Of a stretch of 64,000 nt of DNA, positions 10,442 to 22,576 are shown piece by piece. The notes under the pieces were generated by a model. It did not search any database and was not told the origin of the DNA. It was given only the letters and a program-made list of their open reading frames with translations. Within the stretch, counting starts at the first letter, position 1. Every line of letters starts with the position of its first letter. The position numbers and the translations under genes were made by a program. The DNA comes from an uncultured Ruminococcus sp. (GTDB taxonomy: Bacteria; Bacillota; Clostridia; Oscillospirales; Acutalibacteraceae): positions 22,367 through 86,366 of the forward strand of contig CADBZY010000007.1 of assembly GCA_902799245.1 (NCBI GenBank), read 5' to 3'.

Positions 10442-10457
10442 AGTTTCACGTGAAACA
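10442..10457. promoter_or_regulatory. parS site (first base A)
   Basis: AGTTTCACGTGAAACA. Confidence 0.7.
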
Positions 10458-10492
10458 AAAAAAGACGGGCAGGCAATCAATACCTGTCCGTC
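10455..10492 (-). terminator. rho-independent terminator after jag
   Basis: Minus-strand hairpin GGACGGACAGG...CCTGCCCGTC followed by TTTTTTT. Confidence 0.7.
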
Positions 10493-10517
10493 CTTCATTA
10501 ACATTAAAGACCGATGA

Positions 10518-11447
10518 CTATTCTTCGCTTCTGTAATCAATCTTACCGTACGTAAAGCTTCCGTCGTAATCGCTCTTCGGTGCAGAGGGAGCGCGGTTTT
10601 CGGAGTTATAGGACTTGGAATAGCTGTTCCTGTCTCTATAGTTGTTTCGTCCTCCCCTGCCGTATCCGCTCTTGCCGTAGCCGCCGCGGTTTCCGCGACC
10701 GTAATCACTTCTGCCGCCATGACCGTAATTGTTTCTGCCGTAGCCTCTGCCGCCGCGTTCTCTGCGGTTGTTATTGAGTTTAGCATACTTCACCGGAATA
10801 CCGTCTGCGCCTTCGTCAAGTCCCTCCGGGCCAATCACGACATGGCGCTTTTCATTTTCACCGACAGACCAGCTTGTCACACCTTCGATATTCTGAACGG
10901 CTGTATGGATAATGCTTCTCTCATACGGGCTCATCGGTTCAAGTGCGATATTCTTCTGGAGCTTGACAGCCTTGTACGCTGTCTTGGAAGCGACTGTTTC
11001 CAATGTCTTTTCGCGCTTCTCTCTGAAATTCTTTACATTGAGCGACACCTTAAAGTAACCGTCACAGGCGTTGTTCGCCGTGAGACTGACAAGGTACTGC
11101 AGCGCGGTAAGAGTGTCTCCCCTATGACCGATCACCAAACCGAGATCATCATCGTCGCCGTTAATATTGAGGATCGTGCGCTCGTCGGTCACTTCCTCGG
11201 TTATTTCAAGGTCCTTAACCCCCATATTGGTTAAGATCTCGGTAAGATAAGCAATAGCAACTGATGACGGCGTCTCTTTGACAAACACTCTCACCTTCGC
11301 CGGTGCGCCGCCAAAAAGGCCGAGAATCTTTTGCTGAGGCTGTTCAATAATCTCATAATCTACGCTCTCGCGCTCGACCGCAAGCTGCTCGCAGCCGTTT
11401 TCAATAGCCTCTTCTACCGTAACACCGGTAACAATTATTTCCTTCAT
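10518..11447 (-). CDS. khpB: Jag/KhpB RNA-binding protein (Jag_N, KH, R3H) with an RGG/YG-rich C-terminal extension
   Basis: Canonical position next to yidC. R3H motif region, plus a roughly 70-aa tail GRGYGRNNYGHGGRSDYGRGNRGGYG. Confidence 0.8.
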   Translation of the reverse strand: MKEIIVTGVTVEEAIENGCEQLAVERESVDYEIIEQPQQKILGLFGGAPAKVRVFVKETPSSVAIAYLTEILTNMGVKDLEITEEVTDERTILNINGDDDDLGLVIGHRGDTLTALQYLVSLTANNACDGYFKVSLNVKNFREKREKTLETVASKTAYKAVKLQKNIALEPMSPYERSIIHTAVQNIEGVTSWSVGENEKRHVVIGPEGLDEGADGIPVKYAKLNNNRRERGGRGYGRNNYGHGGRSDYGRGNRGGYGKSGYGRGGRNNYRDRNSYSKSYNSENRAPSAPKSDYDGSFTYGKIDYRSEE

Positions 11448-11494
11448 TTCAGAAACGTCCTTTCAAATAGGTATTAATTCATTAATCAGTACGA

Positions 11495-12655
11495 TTACTT
11501 TTTCTTCTTTCCCTGGTAATCAGATGAAGACTGTTTACTGTTATTTCCACCCTTTTTCTTTTTGGAAGCCGTGTTTTTTCTGTTCGTCTGCGCATTGACA
11601 TCCGCATCAAAGGACACGGTTTCTGTTGCGGCATTGACAGCCGGATCTTCATTGGCAGACGGCGGCAGCGCATAAATCGGCGCGAATTTTTTGACGCCTT
11701 TTCGGGCGTATGTTGCCGATATGACACTCTCTTCTTCTAACTTAATCTTAGCAAGCCTCTGTGCCTCCGATTTAGCGTTCAATATCGCCGCATTGTAATA
11801 CTTGTTTACCACCCAGCTCTGTGCCGGCGCGAACAAGCTGCTGCAAGTCCAGTAAAGAGCCATAGCGGACGGAACTGACAGGGAGATCCACGCAGACATT
11901 AAGCCCATACTGATACCCATCATATTAGGGCTGCATCCTTGCATCTGAGACTGATTGACCGCGCCTGTCAGTTTATTGGTAAGCAACATACCACCGGCGC
12001 TGGCAAAGAACACAACAAACGTCAGAATAATAGCGGGATTCCAGAACTTTGCAATGGAGAGCAAATCAATGCCAAGAAAATTGAATTGCTTGCTCAACTC
12101 ATAGATGGGCTGTAACTCTGCGACTTCACTGGAGGTAAATCCGTATTTCGCATAATTACCGCCGATATTTCTGACAGCATCAATGACATTGATCTGAGAA
12201 TAAAACGAACTTGACGTCGAAGTGTAAACATCACTTAATGTTTTGATGCGGGCAATCGCCGAAGAAAGTACAGCATTTTCTGTCAGATTAAGATGAAGCG
12301 TACATGTCAAAGGCATACAGATCGCACGGTAGAGTCCGTAAAAAATCGGAAGCTGAAGTAACATAGGCAGACAGCCGCCGGTAGGACTCTGTCCCTCTCT
12401 CTGATAGAGCTTGGTCACTTCCTCATTATAACGAGCCTTATCGTTGCCGTATTTCTCCTGCAATTCCTTCATCTTAGGCTGCAATCTCTGCATACCGGCC
12501 ATACCCTTTTGCTGCTTGATCGTCAGCGGGAACATAAGCAATCTGGTAAACAGAGTGAAGAAAATGATGGAAACACCGAAATTTCCGAATACATTGTTAA
12601 AGAATAACAGCACATATCCGAAAATCGAACCGATGAAATTAAATAAAGCATCCAT
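11495..12655 (-). CDS. yidC: membrane protein insertase YidC/SpoIIIJ
   Basis: ATG at 12655 (MDALFNFIGS) with a strong GGAGG ribosome-binding site. Conserved YidC core and a lysine-rich C-terminus. Confidence 0.85.
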   Translation of the reverse strand: MDALFNFIGSIFGYVLLFFNNVFGNFGVSIIFFTLFTRLLMFPLTIKQQKGMAGMQRLQPKMKELQEKYGNDKARYNEEVTKLYQREGQSPTGGCLPMLLQLPIFYGLYRAICMPLTCTLHLNLTENAVLSSAIARIKTLSDVYTSTSSSFYSQINVIDAVRNIGGNYAKYGFTSSEVAELQPIYELSKQFNFLGIDLLSIAKFWNPAIILTFVVFFASAGGMLLTNKLTGAVNQSQMQGCSPNMMGISMGLMSAWISLSVPSAMALYWTCSSLFAPAQSWVVNKYYNAAILNAKSEAQRLAKIKLEEESVISATYARKGVKKFAPIYALPPSANEDPAVNAATETVSFDADVNAQTNRKNTASKKKKGGNNSKQSSSDYQGKKKK

Positions 12656-12817
12656 CTCTTTAAAAATTCCTCCATTCGGATTATTAATTTTCATTGAATG
12701 ATTCAATGAAATAAAATATTTTAAAGCAGAAAGAAAATATGCTATAATCCTTTTTTATTCTATTGTCAAAATAAGCAATAACTAATATTTTATTTAAAGA
12801 AAATTTTAAGCAGTCAT

Positions 12818-13075
12818 TCATTCTGCTGGTTTTTCAGATTTGTTCTTCCTTTTCTTTTCCTTTTTTTCCGGCACAGGATCATATCCGCCGGGATTAAACG
12901 GATTACACCTGAGAATACGCCACATGCCCATTAACGTGCCTCGGAAGGCTCCAAAACGCTCGATAGCAGTATAGGTGTAATGGGAGCAGGTGGGATAAAA
13001 GCGGCACTGTGGCGGCGTTCTTGACGAGATATGTTTCTGGTACATACGAATAAGCCAAAGCAGTAAGCGTTTCAC
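12818..13075 (-). CDS. yidD: membrane protein insertion efficiency factor YidD
   Basis: Cys motif [18 protein letters not shown] start overlapping the rnpA stop (GTGA). Confidence 0.85.
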   Translation of the reverse strand: MKRLLLWLIRMYQKHISSRTPPQCRFYPTCSHYTYTAIERFGAFRGTLMGMWRILRCNPFNPGGYDPVPEKKEKKRKNKSEKPAE

Positions 13076-13407
13076 CGGAGAACACCCGCCTCCTTCAGCT
13101 GCTTTCTCATAATTACGGCAATTTCGGTGCTTTTTTTGTAGACCGTCGCAGTGCGCGCCACAAAGACAATGTCCCAGCTGCCGCGTGTATCATTATACAT
13201 AGAGCGAAAAGCCTCGCGTATGACACGACGGCACCTGTTTCTTGCAACGGCTTTTCCGATTTTCTTGCCGGATGTAATGCCGATCTTTACGCCGCCGTAT
13301 TTCTTTTTGAAACAATACGTAATCAAATACGGTGAAACAAAGCTCCTGCCTCTGTTATAAGCACGGCGAAATTCGTAATTCTGTTTAATTACAGCGTATT
13401 TTGCCAT
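13072..13407 (-). CDS. rnpA: ribonuclease P protein component
   Basis: Basic roughly 111-aa protein with an RNR motif; ATG at 13407. Confidence 0.85.
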   Translation of the reverse strand: MAKYAVIKQNYEFRRAYNRGRSFVSPYLITYCFKKKYGGVKIGITSGKKIGKAVARNRCRRVIREAFRSMYNDTRGSWDIVFVARTATVYKKSTEIAVIMRKQLKEAGVLR

Positions 13408-13427
13408 CAATCACAAATCCCTTTTTC

Positions 13428-13460
13428 ATAAAAACAAAAGCCACTTGAAAATAAGTGGCT
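13428..13460 (-). terminator. terminator/attenuator between rpmH and rnpA
   Basis: Minus-strand hairpin AGCCACTTATTTTCAAGTGGCT followed by TTTTGTTTTT. Confidence 0.5.
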
Positions 13461-13645
13461 CTGCTAATCGAAGATACCTCGACAAACAGCCGGTGCAGCC
13501 GACAGATAAATCATAAAACCCTTGCCGCGTCCGGTAGCTGTCTTCGTCCCTGCCGCCGTCATCACGCCGCAGACAGCGCGAAGAACAAAAGCGCTGCTGC
13601 AGCCTGACAGAGGCAAAAAACGCGTCCTGACCTAACCGAACAAAA

Positions 13646-13780
13646 TTAATAGGTCAATGTCTTTCTTCCCTTGGCTCTGCGTCTTGCAAGAACCTTGCGG
13701 CCGTTCTTTGTAGCCATTCTCTTGCGGAAGCCGTGCTCGACCTTTCTCTGACGCTTTTTAGGCTGATATGTTCTGACCAT
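13646..13780 (-). CDS. rpmH: 50S ribosomal protein L34
   Basis: Translated by hand as [44 protein letters not shown]. It is absent from the ORF track because it is shorter than 60 aa. Confidence 0.9.
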   Translation of the reverse strand: MVRTYQPKKRQRKVEHGFRKRMATKNGRKVLARRRAKGRKTLTY

Positions 13781-13830
13781 ATGCGTTTCCCTCCTTTTTC
13801 AAAAAAACATACTAATGTATTATAACGCAT

Positions 13831-14050
13831 TTATCCCCCGAATGTCAATAGATTTTTTTTGATGTAAGTCACGAAATTGCCCCGTTTTTCAATATTTCAG
13901 GCGGATTTGACTTCCGTTGTTTTCAACCTGTTGTGGAAAACAATGTGGACAACCACAAAATATGTAAAATTCAAAGACGTATTACACAAAAAAATTTTAA
14001 AAATTTATGAGATTTTTTAATTATATCGCTTATTTCATGCGGTGGATAGT
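13831..14050. promoter_or_regulatory. oriC part 1: DnaA-box-like cluster upstream of dnaA
   Basis: TTATCCCCC (13831), TGTGGAAAA (13932), TGTGGACAA (13944) and GGTGGATAG (14041), in an AT-rich context. Confidence 0.5.
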
Positions 14051-14195
14051 TATAAGTTTTGCACAAAACTTTAAAATACATTTCTCAAAATTCCTCTATC
14101 AAATTCTATTGAGGTATTTTGAAAACGATGCTATAATATACAAAGTAAAAATACACCATATGCAGTAAAATTCAGAAAGGAAAAATTCACAGAAC

Positions 14196-15605
14196 ATGGA
14201 AATCACACAGCTTTGGCAAAGTGTCTGCGACAAGCTCAGAGAGCAGGTCAATGACGTTTTATTTAACGTTTGGATAGATCCGCTTGTGCCTCACGATCTT
14301 GTAAACGGTAACGAAATGATCATAATTGCTCCTTCACAGTTTCATAAGGATGTTATCATTGATCAGCACATCGGAGAAAAAATCGAAAAAAACATCTTCA
14401 ATACGATCGGATTTGAGGTCAAGCTCAGAATACTCGTCAAAGGGGAGGACATTCCCGCGGAGTCCGCTGCGGAAAAGAATGAACCCAACTGGCGCGAAGA
14501 GGTGGACAAATACAAAAAGCCCGCATCGGAGCCGGCTCAGCCGTCCAGCCAGCCCCAGGGCCAGATGTACTCTTCCTCCAGCGATTCCTACTATGAATAC
14601 ACATTTGATACATTCATTGTCGGATCCTCCAATAAATTCGCCCATGCCGCCAGCCTTGCCGTCGCAGAGAATCCCGGCGGCGCATACAATCCGCTTTTCA
14701 TCTACGGACAGTCGGGAATGGGCAAGACACATCTGCTCTTTGCCATTCAGAACGCGGTACAGAAGAAGTTCCCGGAAAAAAAGGTCATGTATGTCAAAGG
14801 CGACCAGTTCACCAATGAGCTGATCGAGGCGATAGGGAAGGGCAAGCAGAACGAATTCCATCAGAAATACCGTTTCACCGACGTTCTGATGGTGGATGAC
14901 GTGCAGTTCATCAGCGGCAAGGTACAGACACAGGAAGAATTCTTCCATACATTCAATACACTGCACCAGGAACATAAACAGATCATTCTGACCAGCGACC
15001 GTCCTCCGAAGGAGATACAGACCCTGGAGAGCCGTCTCCGCTCCCGCTTTGAAATGGGACTTCTCGCAGACATCGCACCGCCGGAATTCGAAACCAGAAT
15101 CGCCATTATCAAGCGCAAGGCCAAGCAGTGCAACATGGAGATCAGCGACGAAATCGCAGAATTCATCGCTGAACGTCTGAAGTCCAACATCCGCCAGCTC
15201 GAAGGCGTTGTCAAGCGCATCAACGCAACCTACCAGCTCGACAAGGAGCTGCCCTCGCTGACCATGGCGCAGAACGCCATCCGCGACGTCATGAACGACG
15301 TGCAGCCCACGCCGATCACGATAGAACGCATCATCGAGGAAGTGGCGCGCACCTTTGAAGTGACCGCCGCCGACATCAAATCCCCCAAGCGCGCCGCGCA
15401 GATTTCGCAGGCAAGACAGGTCGCCATGTACGTTGTGCGCGAGGTGACCAACCTTTCCTACGAAGAGATCGGCAAGGAATTCGGCCGCGACCACTCCACC
15501 GCCATTTACGCCGTACAGCAGGTGGAAAGAAACATGAAAAACCGCTCCGATTTCCGCAATACCATTACCGACCTCATCAAAAACATCAAGGTAACGGCGC
15601 AGTAA
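14196..15605 (+). CDS. dnaA: chromosomal replication initiator DnaA
   Basis: Walker A GQSGMGKTHL, AAA+ fold and the C-terminal DNA-binding domain. Confidence 0.96.
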   Translation: MEITQLWQSVCDKLREQVNDVLFNVWIDPLVPHDLVNGNEMIIIAPSQFHKDVIIDQHIGEKIEKNIFNTIGFEVKLRILVKGEDIPAESAAEKNEPNWREEVDKYKKPASEPAQPSSQPQGQMYSSSSDSYYEYTFDTFIVGSSNKFAHAASLAVAENPGGAYNPLFIYGQSGMGKTHLLFAIQNAVQKKFPEKKVMYVKGDQFTNELIEAIGKGKQNEFHQKYRFTDVLMVDDVQFISGKVQTQEEFFHTFNTLHQEHKQIILTSDRPPKEIQTLESRLRSRFEMGLLADIAPPEFETRIAIIKRKAKQCNMEISDEIAEFIAERLKSNIRQLEGVVKRINATYQLDKELPSLTMAQNAIRDVMNDVQPTPITIERIIEEVARTFEVTAADIKSPKRAAQISQARQVAMYVVREVTNLSYEEIGKEFGRDHSTAIYAVQQVERNMKNRSDFRNTITDLIKNIKVTAQ

Positions 15606-15651
15606 GAGAGTAAGGAAACGCCGAAACCTTTCCCAACGCATGAAAAAACAA

Positions 15652-15696
15652 CAGCCCCGGACAAATCCTTTGTTCTTTGTCCGGGGCTGATTTTTC
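15652..15696 (+). terminator. rho-independent terminator after dnaA
   Basis: Hairpin CAGCCCCGGACAAA...TTTGTCCGGGGCTG followed by TTTTT. Confidence 0.75.
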
Positions 15697-15738
15697 ATTT
15701 TATCCGGTTGAAAACGGGTTGACAGTGCGTTGAATCGC

Positions 15739-16047
15739 GGTGGAAAACAAGTCAGCGCCCTTTGATTAACGGCGCGGTTATTAAACCTGATATTCAACAA
15801 TCAACGTGGAAAGCTGTGGAAGAAAGTTGATTGTTAATGGATGTGCAAAACATTTCCCACCTGTTTCCATCCGGATTCAACAAGTTAAAAAATCCGGCTG
15901 CTGATGTATTTTCGGGAACCAATGCCATTTTCCACCATTTCAACCCCCCCTACTGCTGCTACTGTCCTTATCTTATAATTATTATTATATTTATATTTCC
16001 AATATGACTCCGCCGGACGAAAAATGACACGCCCGACGTTTTCCACA
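15739..16047. promoter_or_regulatory. oriC part 2: DnaA-box variants plus an AT-rich stretch that may be the unwinding element
   Basis: GGTGGAAAA (15739), CGTGGAAAG (15805), TGTGGAAGA (15815), TTTCCCACC (15853), TTTTCCACC (15928) and TTTTCCACA (16039). AT-rich run TCTTATAATTATTATTATATTTATATTT at about 15961-16000. Confidence 0.55.
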
Positions 16048-16175
16048 CGATCGGTTGAAAATCATCTGTCCGTCCAAACCACAAAAACGGAAGTTTTTAC
16101 AAACTCACACTTGTATTCACTTGCAGAATCATCTATAATAAAAGGTACGAAAAAAACGAAAGGACACGAATAACC

Positions 16176-17285
16176 ATGAAAATCAAATGCAACCGTGAGA
16201 TGCTATCCGACGCATTAAATAAAGTATCCAGAGCCGTCGCCATTCGCTCCACCATGGCGGCACTGGAAGGAATCTATTTGCGCACGGAGGAAAGTTCGCT
16301 TTACCTCTGCGGCTACAACCTCGAATTGGGCATATCGACCAAGATCCTTGCCAATGTGTACGAGGAAGGAAGCATTGTTCTTTCCTCCAAGCTCTTCTGC
16401 GAAATTGTCAGAAAAATGCCGGGTGACGAACTGGAAATCAAAAGCACGGAAAATCTAATCACCACTATCAGCTCCTCCGAATCGGAGTATTCCATCATCG
16501 GCATGTCTGCCGCCGATTTCCCGGAGCTGCCTGTCATCGAAAGCGACCGCAGAATATCGCTCTCGCAGGGAATGCTCAAATCCATGATAGCGCAGACACT
16601 TTTTGCCGTGAGCGACAACGATTCACGTCCGACCTGTACGGGTTCGCTTTTTGAAATCAACGAGCACCAGCTGCGCGTCGTGTCCGTGGACGGATTCCGT
16701 CTCGCAATGCGCACAGAGCCGATCACAGGTACCTTTGAAACATCCTTTATCGTACCGAAAAAAACGCTCGAGGAAATTCTCAAGCTGCTCGAGGACAACG
16801 AAGATAAACGCGCCGAGATCTGCGCTACGCGCCGCCATATCGAATTTATGATCAATGGATGCACCATTATTTCACGTCTGATAGAAGGCGATTTTCTCGA
16901 TTACAACAACGCCATTCCGAAACAGAACAACAAAGAAGTGAAGGTAAGCACCCGCCGGATGATCGAGGCCAGCGAACGCATGGGTCTGCTGATCAGCGAC
17001 GCCATCAAGAGCCCTGTCCGCTGCGTATTCGGCAACGACGAAATCACTTTCAGCTGCCGCACGGCGGTAGGTTCCGCCACCGACAGACTCTCCGCGGATG
17101 CGCCGAACGAGCCTGTCGAAATCGGTTTCAACAACCGGTATTTCATGGACGCATTCAGGGCGGTTTCCACCGATGAAGTCAGGCTGATCATCGGCTCGCC
17201 AGTCAATCCGGTCAAGGTGCTGCCGCCGGACGGCGAGAGCTTTCTGTTTCTGCTGCTGCCTGTCAGACTGCAAAAGAACGACTGA
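16176..17285 (+). CDS. dnaN: DNA polymerase III beta sliding clamp
   Basis: Three-domain beta clamp of 369 aa, in the canonical position. Confidence 0.95.
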   Translation: MKIKCNREMLSDALNKVSRAVAIRSTMAALEGIYLRTEESSLYLCGYNLELGISTKILANVYEEGSIVLSSKLFCEIVRKMPGDELEIKSTENLITTISSSESEYSIIGMSAADFPELPVIESDRRISLSQGMLKSMIAQTLFAVSDNDSRPTCTGSLFEINEHQLRVVSVDGFRLAMRTEPITGTFETSFIVPKKTLEEILKLLEDNEDKRAEICATRRHIEFMINGCTIISRLIEGDFLDYNNAIPKQNNKEVKVSTRRMIEASERMGLLISDAIKSPVRCVFGNDEITFSCRTAVGSATDRLSADAPNEPVEIGFNNRYFMDAFRAVSTDEVRLIIGSPVNPVKVLPPDGESFLFLLLPVRLQKND

Positions 17286-17337
17286 TTTTTAAGATTAACT
17301 ATATCAATTCAATAACAAAAATTGCGGAGTGGATTGT

Positions 17338-17562
17338 ATGGAACACCGTATCATTGAAATATCGACTGAATTCATCAAACTGGACAGTCTGCTGAAATTC
17401 GCGGGAATAGCCGCTGTTGGAGGCGAGGCAAAGTTCATGGTGACATCCGGCGCGGTGCTTGTCAACGGCGAGGTCTGCACGATGCGCGGCAAGAAAATTC
17501 ATCCCGGCGACGTGGTGACAGTTCCCTGCGACAAGATCGAGCTTGAGGTCAAGGGAGCATGA
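17338..17562 (+). CDS. S4-domain RNA-binding protein (YaaA-like)
   Basis: Small S4-like fold in the conserved dnaN-recF slot. GGAG ribosome-binding site. Overlaps the recF start by 4 nt. Confidence 0.75.
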   Translation: MEHRIIEISTEFIKLDSLLKFAGIAAVGGEAKFMVTSGAVLVNGEVCTMRGKKIHPGDVVTVPCDKIELEVKGA

Positions 17563-18656
17563 TAGCCCGCAGTCTTTTTACCCAGAATTTTCGCAATCTG
17601 TATTCCGGAGACATTGCTTTTTCCGATGAAGTAAACGTCATCAGCGGTCAGAACGGACAGGGCAAAACCAACCTCCTGGAAGCGCTCTGTCTGTTTACAG
17701 GCGTGCGATCTTTCCGAGGGGCAAAGAATTTCGAGCTGATCGCAAAGGGTGAGAAATTCGCCCGCATGGAGCTTCAGTTTTTCGCGGATAAGCGCGAGCA
17801 GAACGCAAAGCTCCTGATTACCGACAAAAAACAGGCGACGCTCAACGGCGTGAAGCAGGCGGCGGCTACCGGATTTATCGGCAGGTTCTGCGCCGTGGTA
17901 TTTTCTCCCGACAACATGAGCCTTGTCAAAGGCGGCTCCAACGAGCGCCGCAGATTCCTTGACGCTGCCATATCGCAGCAGTTTCCCACCTATCCACGGC
18001 TTTTGGTGGAATACAACCGCATACTCGCGCAGCGAAACGCGTTTCTCAAAAAATCCGCCGGAAAAGCGAATTTTGACTCCATGCTTGACATATGGGACGA
18101 AAACCTCGCCCAGACCGGCGCGAGAATCTCCTGCAAGCGGGCGGAATACGTGGCACGGCTGGTGGGGAAGACCCAGGAGATCTTTGACGGCATATCATCC
18201 GGCAGGGATTCGATAGGACTGCGCTATTCGTGCAGTTATCTGATTCCGGAATCCGTCAATGATACCGTTGAAGCGTTGAGAAAACTGCTGGAAACACACC
18301 GCGCCTCCGATCTGGCGCAGGGATGCACCAATTCCGGCGCGCACAGGGACGATCTGCATATTTCGGTCAACGGCATGGTGGCGCGTTCCTACGCGTCGCA
18401 GGGACAGAAACGCTCCTGTGTGCTGGCGCTCAAGCTGGCGGAGGCGTCGCTTCTGGAGGAATCGGCAGGGGAGAGGCCTATTGCCGTGCTGGACGACGTT
18501 ATGAGCGAACTGGACGGACTGCGGCAGGATTACCTGCTCAATCACATGGACGGATGGCAGGTTTTCATCTCCTGCTGCGACCCTCACACGGTCAAGGGTC
18601 TGGACAGGGGCAGGATCATCGAGGTGGAAAACGGTAAATGTATGAGTAAAGATTGA
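17559..18656 (+). CDS. recF: DNA replication and repair protein RecF
   Basis: Walker [10 protein letters not shown], signature and Walker B motifs. Confidence 0.92.
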   Translation: MIARSLFTQNFRNLYSGDIAFSDEVNVISGQNGQGKTNLLEALCLFTGVRSFRGAKNFELIAKGEKFARMELQFFADKREQNAKLLITDKKQATLNGVKQAAATGFIGRFCAVVFSPDNMSLVKGGSNERRRFLDAAISQQFPTYPRLLVEYNRILAQRNAFLKKSAGKANFDSMLDIWDENLAQTGARISCKRAEYVARLVGKTQEIFDGISSGRDSIGLRYSCSYLIPESVNDTVEALRKLLETHRASDLAQGCTNSGAHRDDLHISVNGMVARSYASQGQKRSCVLALKLAEASLLEESAGERPIAVLDDVMSELDGLRQDYLLNHMDGWQVFISCCDPHTVKGLDRGRIIEVENGKCMSKD

Positions 18657-18670
18657 AGGTGGAATATCCA

Positions 18671-18775
18671 TGGAAATCAAAAAAATCAGGTTCCTGGAGC
18701 CGGGAAATTTACCTTACAGACCGTCATTGAAAAATCTCTATGTATATGACAAATATATCCGCACGCCTCCATGAA
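18671..18775 (+). other. 34-codon ORF resembling the first residues of a B12-binding domain, out of frame with the downstream radical SAM ORF
   Basis: Translates as MEIKKIRFLEPGNLPYRPSLKNLYVYDKYIRTPP then a stop. It overlaps the ATG of the next ORF. Confidence 0.3.
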
Positions 18776-19895
18776 TTACCCCGAAGCCTGTGAGCATTGC
18801 GACTACGTGCTGGTGGGCGAAGGGGAAGAGAGCATTTTGGAATTGATGAGCGCTCTTACGAACGATTCGCCGGTGGACGAAGTGAAGGGCGTGGCTTTCA
18901 GACGCGGTGACGAGATCGTCTGCACCGGACAGCGCTGTCCGCCGGCCAATATCGACATCATTCCAAACCGCGATCTGCTCTATCGCTATCAGAAAATGGC
19001 GGGACACAATACCGTCTGGGCGCAGGTGCACGCCTCGCGGGGCTGTCCGCACAACTGTGACTACTGCGCGCTCGTGCGGCATTTCGGGCGGAAGGTGCGC
19101 AAGCGCTCACCGCAGAATATCGTGGACGACATCCGCTATTCCATCGACTTCCACGACAGGCATCATCACCGCTTGGCTAAAATGCTGTGGCTGACGGACG
19201 ATAATTTCTTTGCCGACCGCGAATTGGCGATAGAGGTGCTGCGCGCCATTATTGACAGCGATATTCATTACCATTTCACCATACAGGCGCGGTATGAGGT
19301 CGGATATGACGATGAAATGCTGGAGCTGCTCCGACAGGCGGGATTTGACGAAGTGGCCATGGGCATCGAATTCTTAGAGGACGAGGCCTTTGAAAATTAC
19401 CACAAGAAAAGCACTTACAGGGATATTGTGCGTTCTGTGGAAAATATCCAGCGGCACGGGCTGCGGGTGAGAGGACTTTTCATCGTGGGCGCGGACAATC
19501 ACGAAAAGGGCGTCGGCGACCGGCTTGCCGATTTCGTCATCGAACACAACATCAGCGGTGTGCTGATCCAGTCGATGTATTTTGTACCGGGCACGCCGGT
19601 TTACGAAACGCACAAGGACAAACTCATTCACCGCGACTGGTCAAAATACAACGGCAACGTTGTGCATTATCCTGAACGCATTTCGCCCTATGATCTGCAA
19701 AAGGAGATCATTCACGCCAGCCGTAAAATCTACTCCCGCCGCCGACTGCTGCAGGCGATCCTGCACAAGCGCGGGCTGGAACGGCTGCTGTTTGTGGGCG
19801 AGTACTTCTGGCACAAGAGCGTGCGCGCCGACCTGAAAGCGGATCTGCCGTATTTAAAGCGTGTGACGGAGGAGTCCGCACTGTACCAAGGTTAA
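18771..19895 (+). CDS. B12-binding-domain radical SAM protein, apparently lacking most of the N-terminal cobalamin-binding domain
   Basis: CxxxCxxC motif (GCPHNCDYC). The ORF begins with DYVLVGEGEE, which is the end of a B12-binding domain. Unusual insertion between recF and remB. Confidence 0.55.
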   Translation: MNYPEACEHCDYVLVGEGEESILELMSALTNDSPVDEVKGVAFRRGDEIVCTGQRCPPANIDIIPNRDLLYRYQKMAGHNTVWAQVHASRGCPHNCDYCALVRHFGRKVRKRSPQNIVDDIRYSIDFHDRHHHRLAKMLWLTDDNFFADRELAIEVLRAIIDSDIHYHFTIQARYEVGYDDEMLELLRQAGFDEVAMGIEFLEDEAFENYHKKSTYRDIVRSVENIQRHGLRVRGLFIVGADNHEKGVGDRLADFVIEHNISGVLIQSMYFVPGTPVYETHKDKLIHRDWSKYNGNVVHYPERISPYDLQKEIIHASRKIYSRRRLLQAILHKRGLERLLFVGEYFWHKSVRADLKADLPYLKRVTEESALYQG

Positions 19896-19913
19896 GGCAG
19901 GAGGCGGAAGGGT

Positions 19914-20174
19914 ATGTACCTTCATTTAGGCAACAATTACGTGATCCCTGAGCGGGAGATCATCGGCATATTCGATATGGACAACACCACCATTTCCAAG
20001 CACACGCGCAAGCTGCTGCATCTGGCGGAAAAGAACGGCCAAGTGACGGCTGTCACCAACGATCTGCCAAAGAGTTTTGTGCTTTGCAGAAACGGCGATG
20101 TATATTTGTGTCAGATTTCGCCCTCAGCGCTTGCAGGACGGGCGGAACAGGGTTTAAGCATACAATTAGATTAG
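19914..20174 (+). CDS. remB: DUF370 protein (RemB/YaaB-like)
   Basis: MYLHLGNNYVIPEREIIGIFDMDNTT matches the DUF370 family. In the conserved recF-gyrB slot. Confidence 0.8.
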   Translation: MYLHLGNNYVIPEREIIGIFDMDNTTISKHTRKLLHLAEKNGQVTAVTNDLPKSFVLCRNGDVYLCQISPSALAGRAEQGLSIQLD

Positions 20175-20216
20175 CGTCATGTTTTGAGCGTCACAGCCAA
20201 AATATGACGCTTTTTT
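20173..20216 (+). terminator. rho-independent terminator after remB
   Basis: Hairpin GCGTCA...TGACGC followed by TTTTTT. Confidence 0.6.
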
Positions 20217-20252
20217 ATGTTCCTGCGCGGAGGCGTGTGAACCGATAAAAAA

Positions 20253-20294
20253 TTTGACATATTATTAGTATTATTATACTAATAATATGTCAAA
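20253..20294. repeat. perfect inverted repeat with 18-bp arms and a 6-bp spacer, overlapping the putative gyrB promoter
   Basis: TTTGACATATTATTAGTA-ttatta-TACTAATAATATGTCAAA. A TTGACA hexamer lies on both arms. Confidence 0.7.
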
Positions 20295-20399
20295 AAATTT
20301 AAAAAATAAATATGGCATTTTTCTTCTCTTTATGATATAATATTTTTATATGGATTAATCGCGAAAAACCGGCGCTGCAGCGCGGTCAGACGGGGTTAA

Positions 20400-22538
<2,139 letters not shown>

Positions 22539-22576
22539 TGGTTATCCCCTCGTACTGATTTCACGATAAGGTTGTT

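Noticed and set aside
10427-10786. 119-aa ORF overlapping the jag 3' end and the parS region
   Set aside because: Ala/Thr-rich artefact of the Gly/Arg-rich jag tail read in another frame.
14334-15800. 488-aa ORF antisense to dnaA
   Set aside because: Arg/His/Phe-rich antisense composition. It fully overlaps the well-supported dnaA.
17299-17502. Short minus-strand ORFs between dnaN and recF
   Set aside because: They overlap the conserved S4-domain yaaA-like gene.
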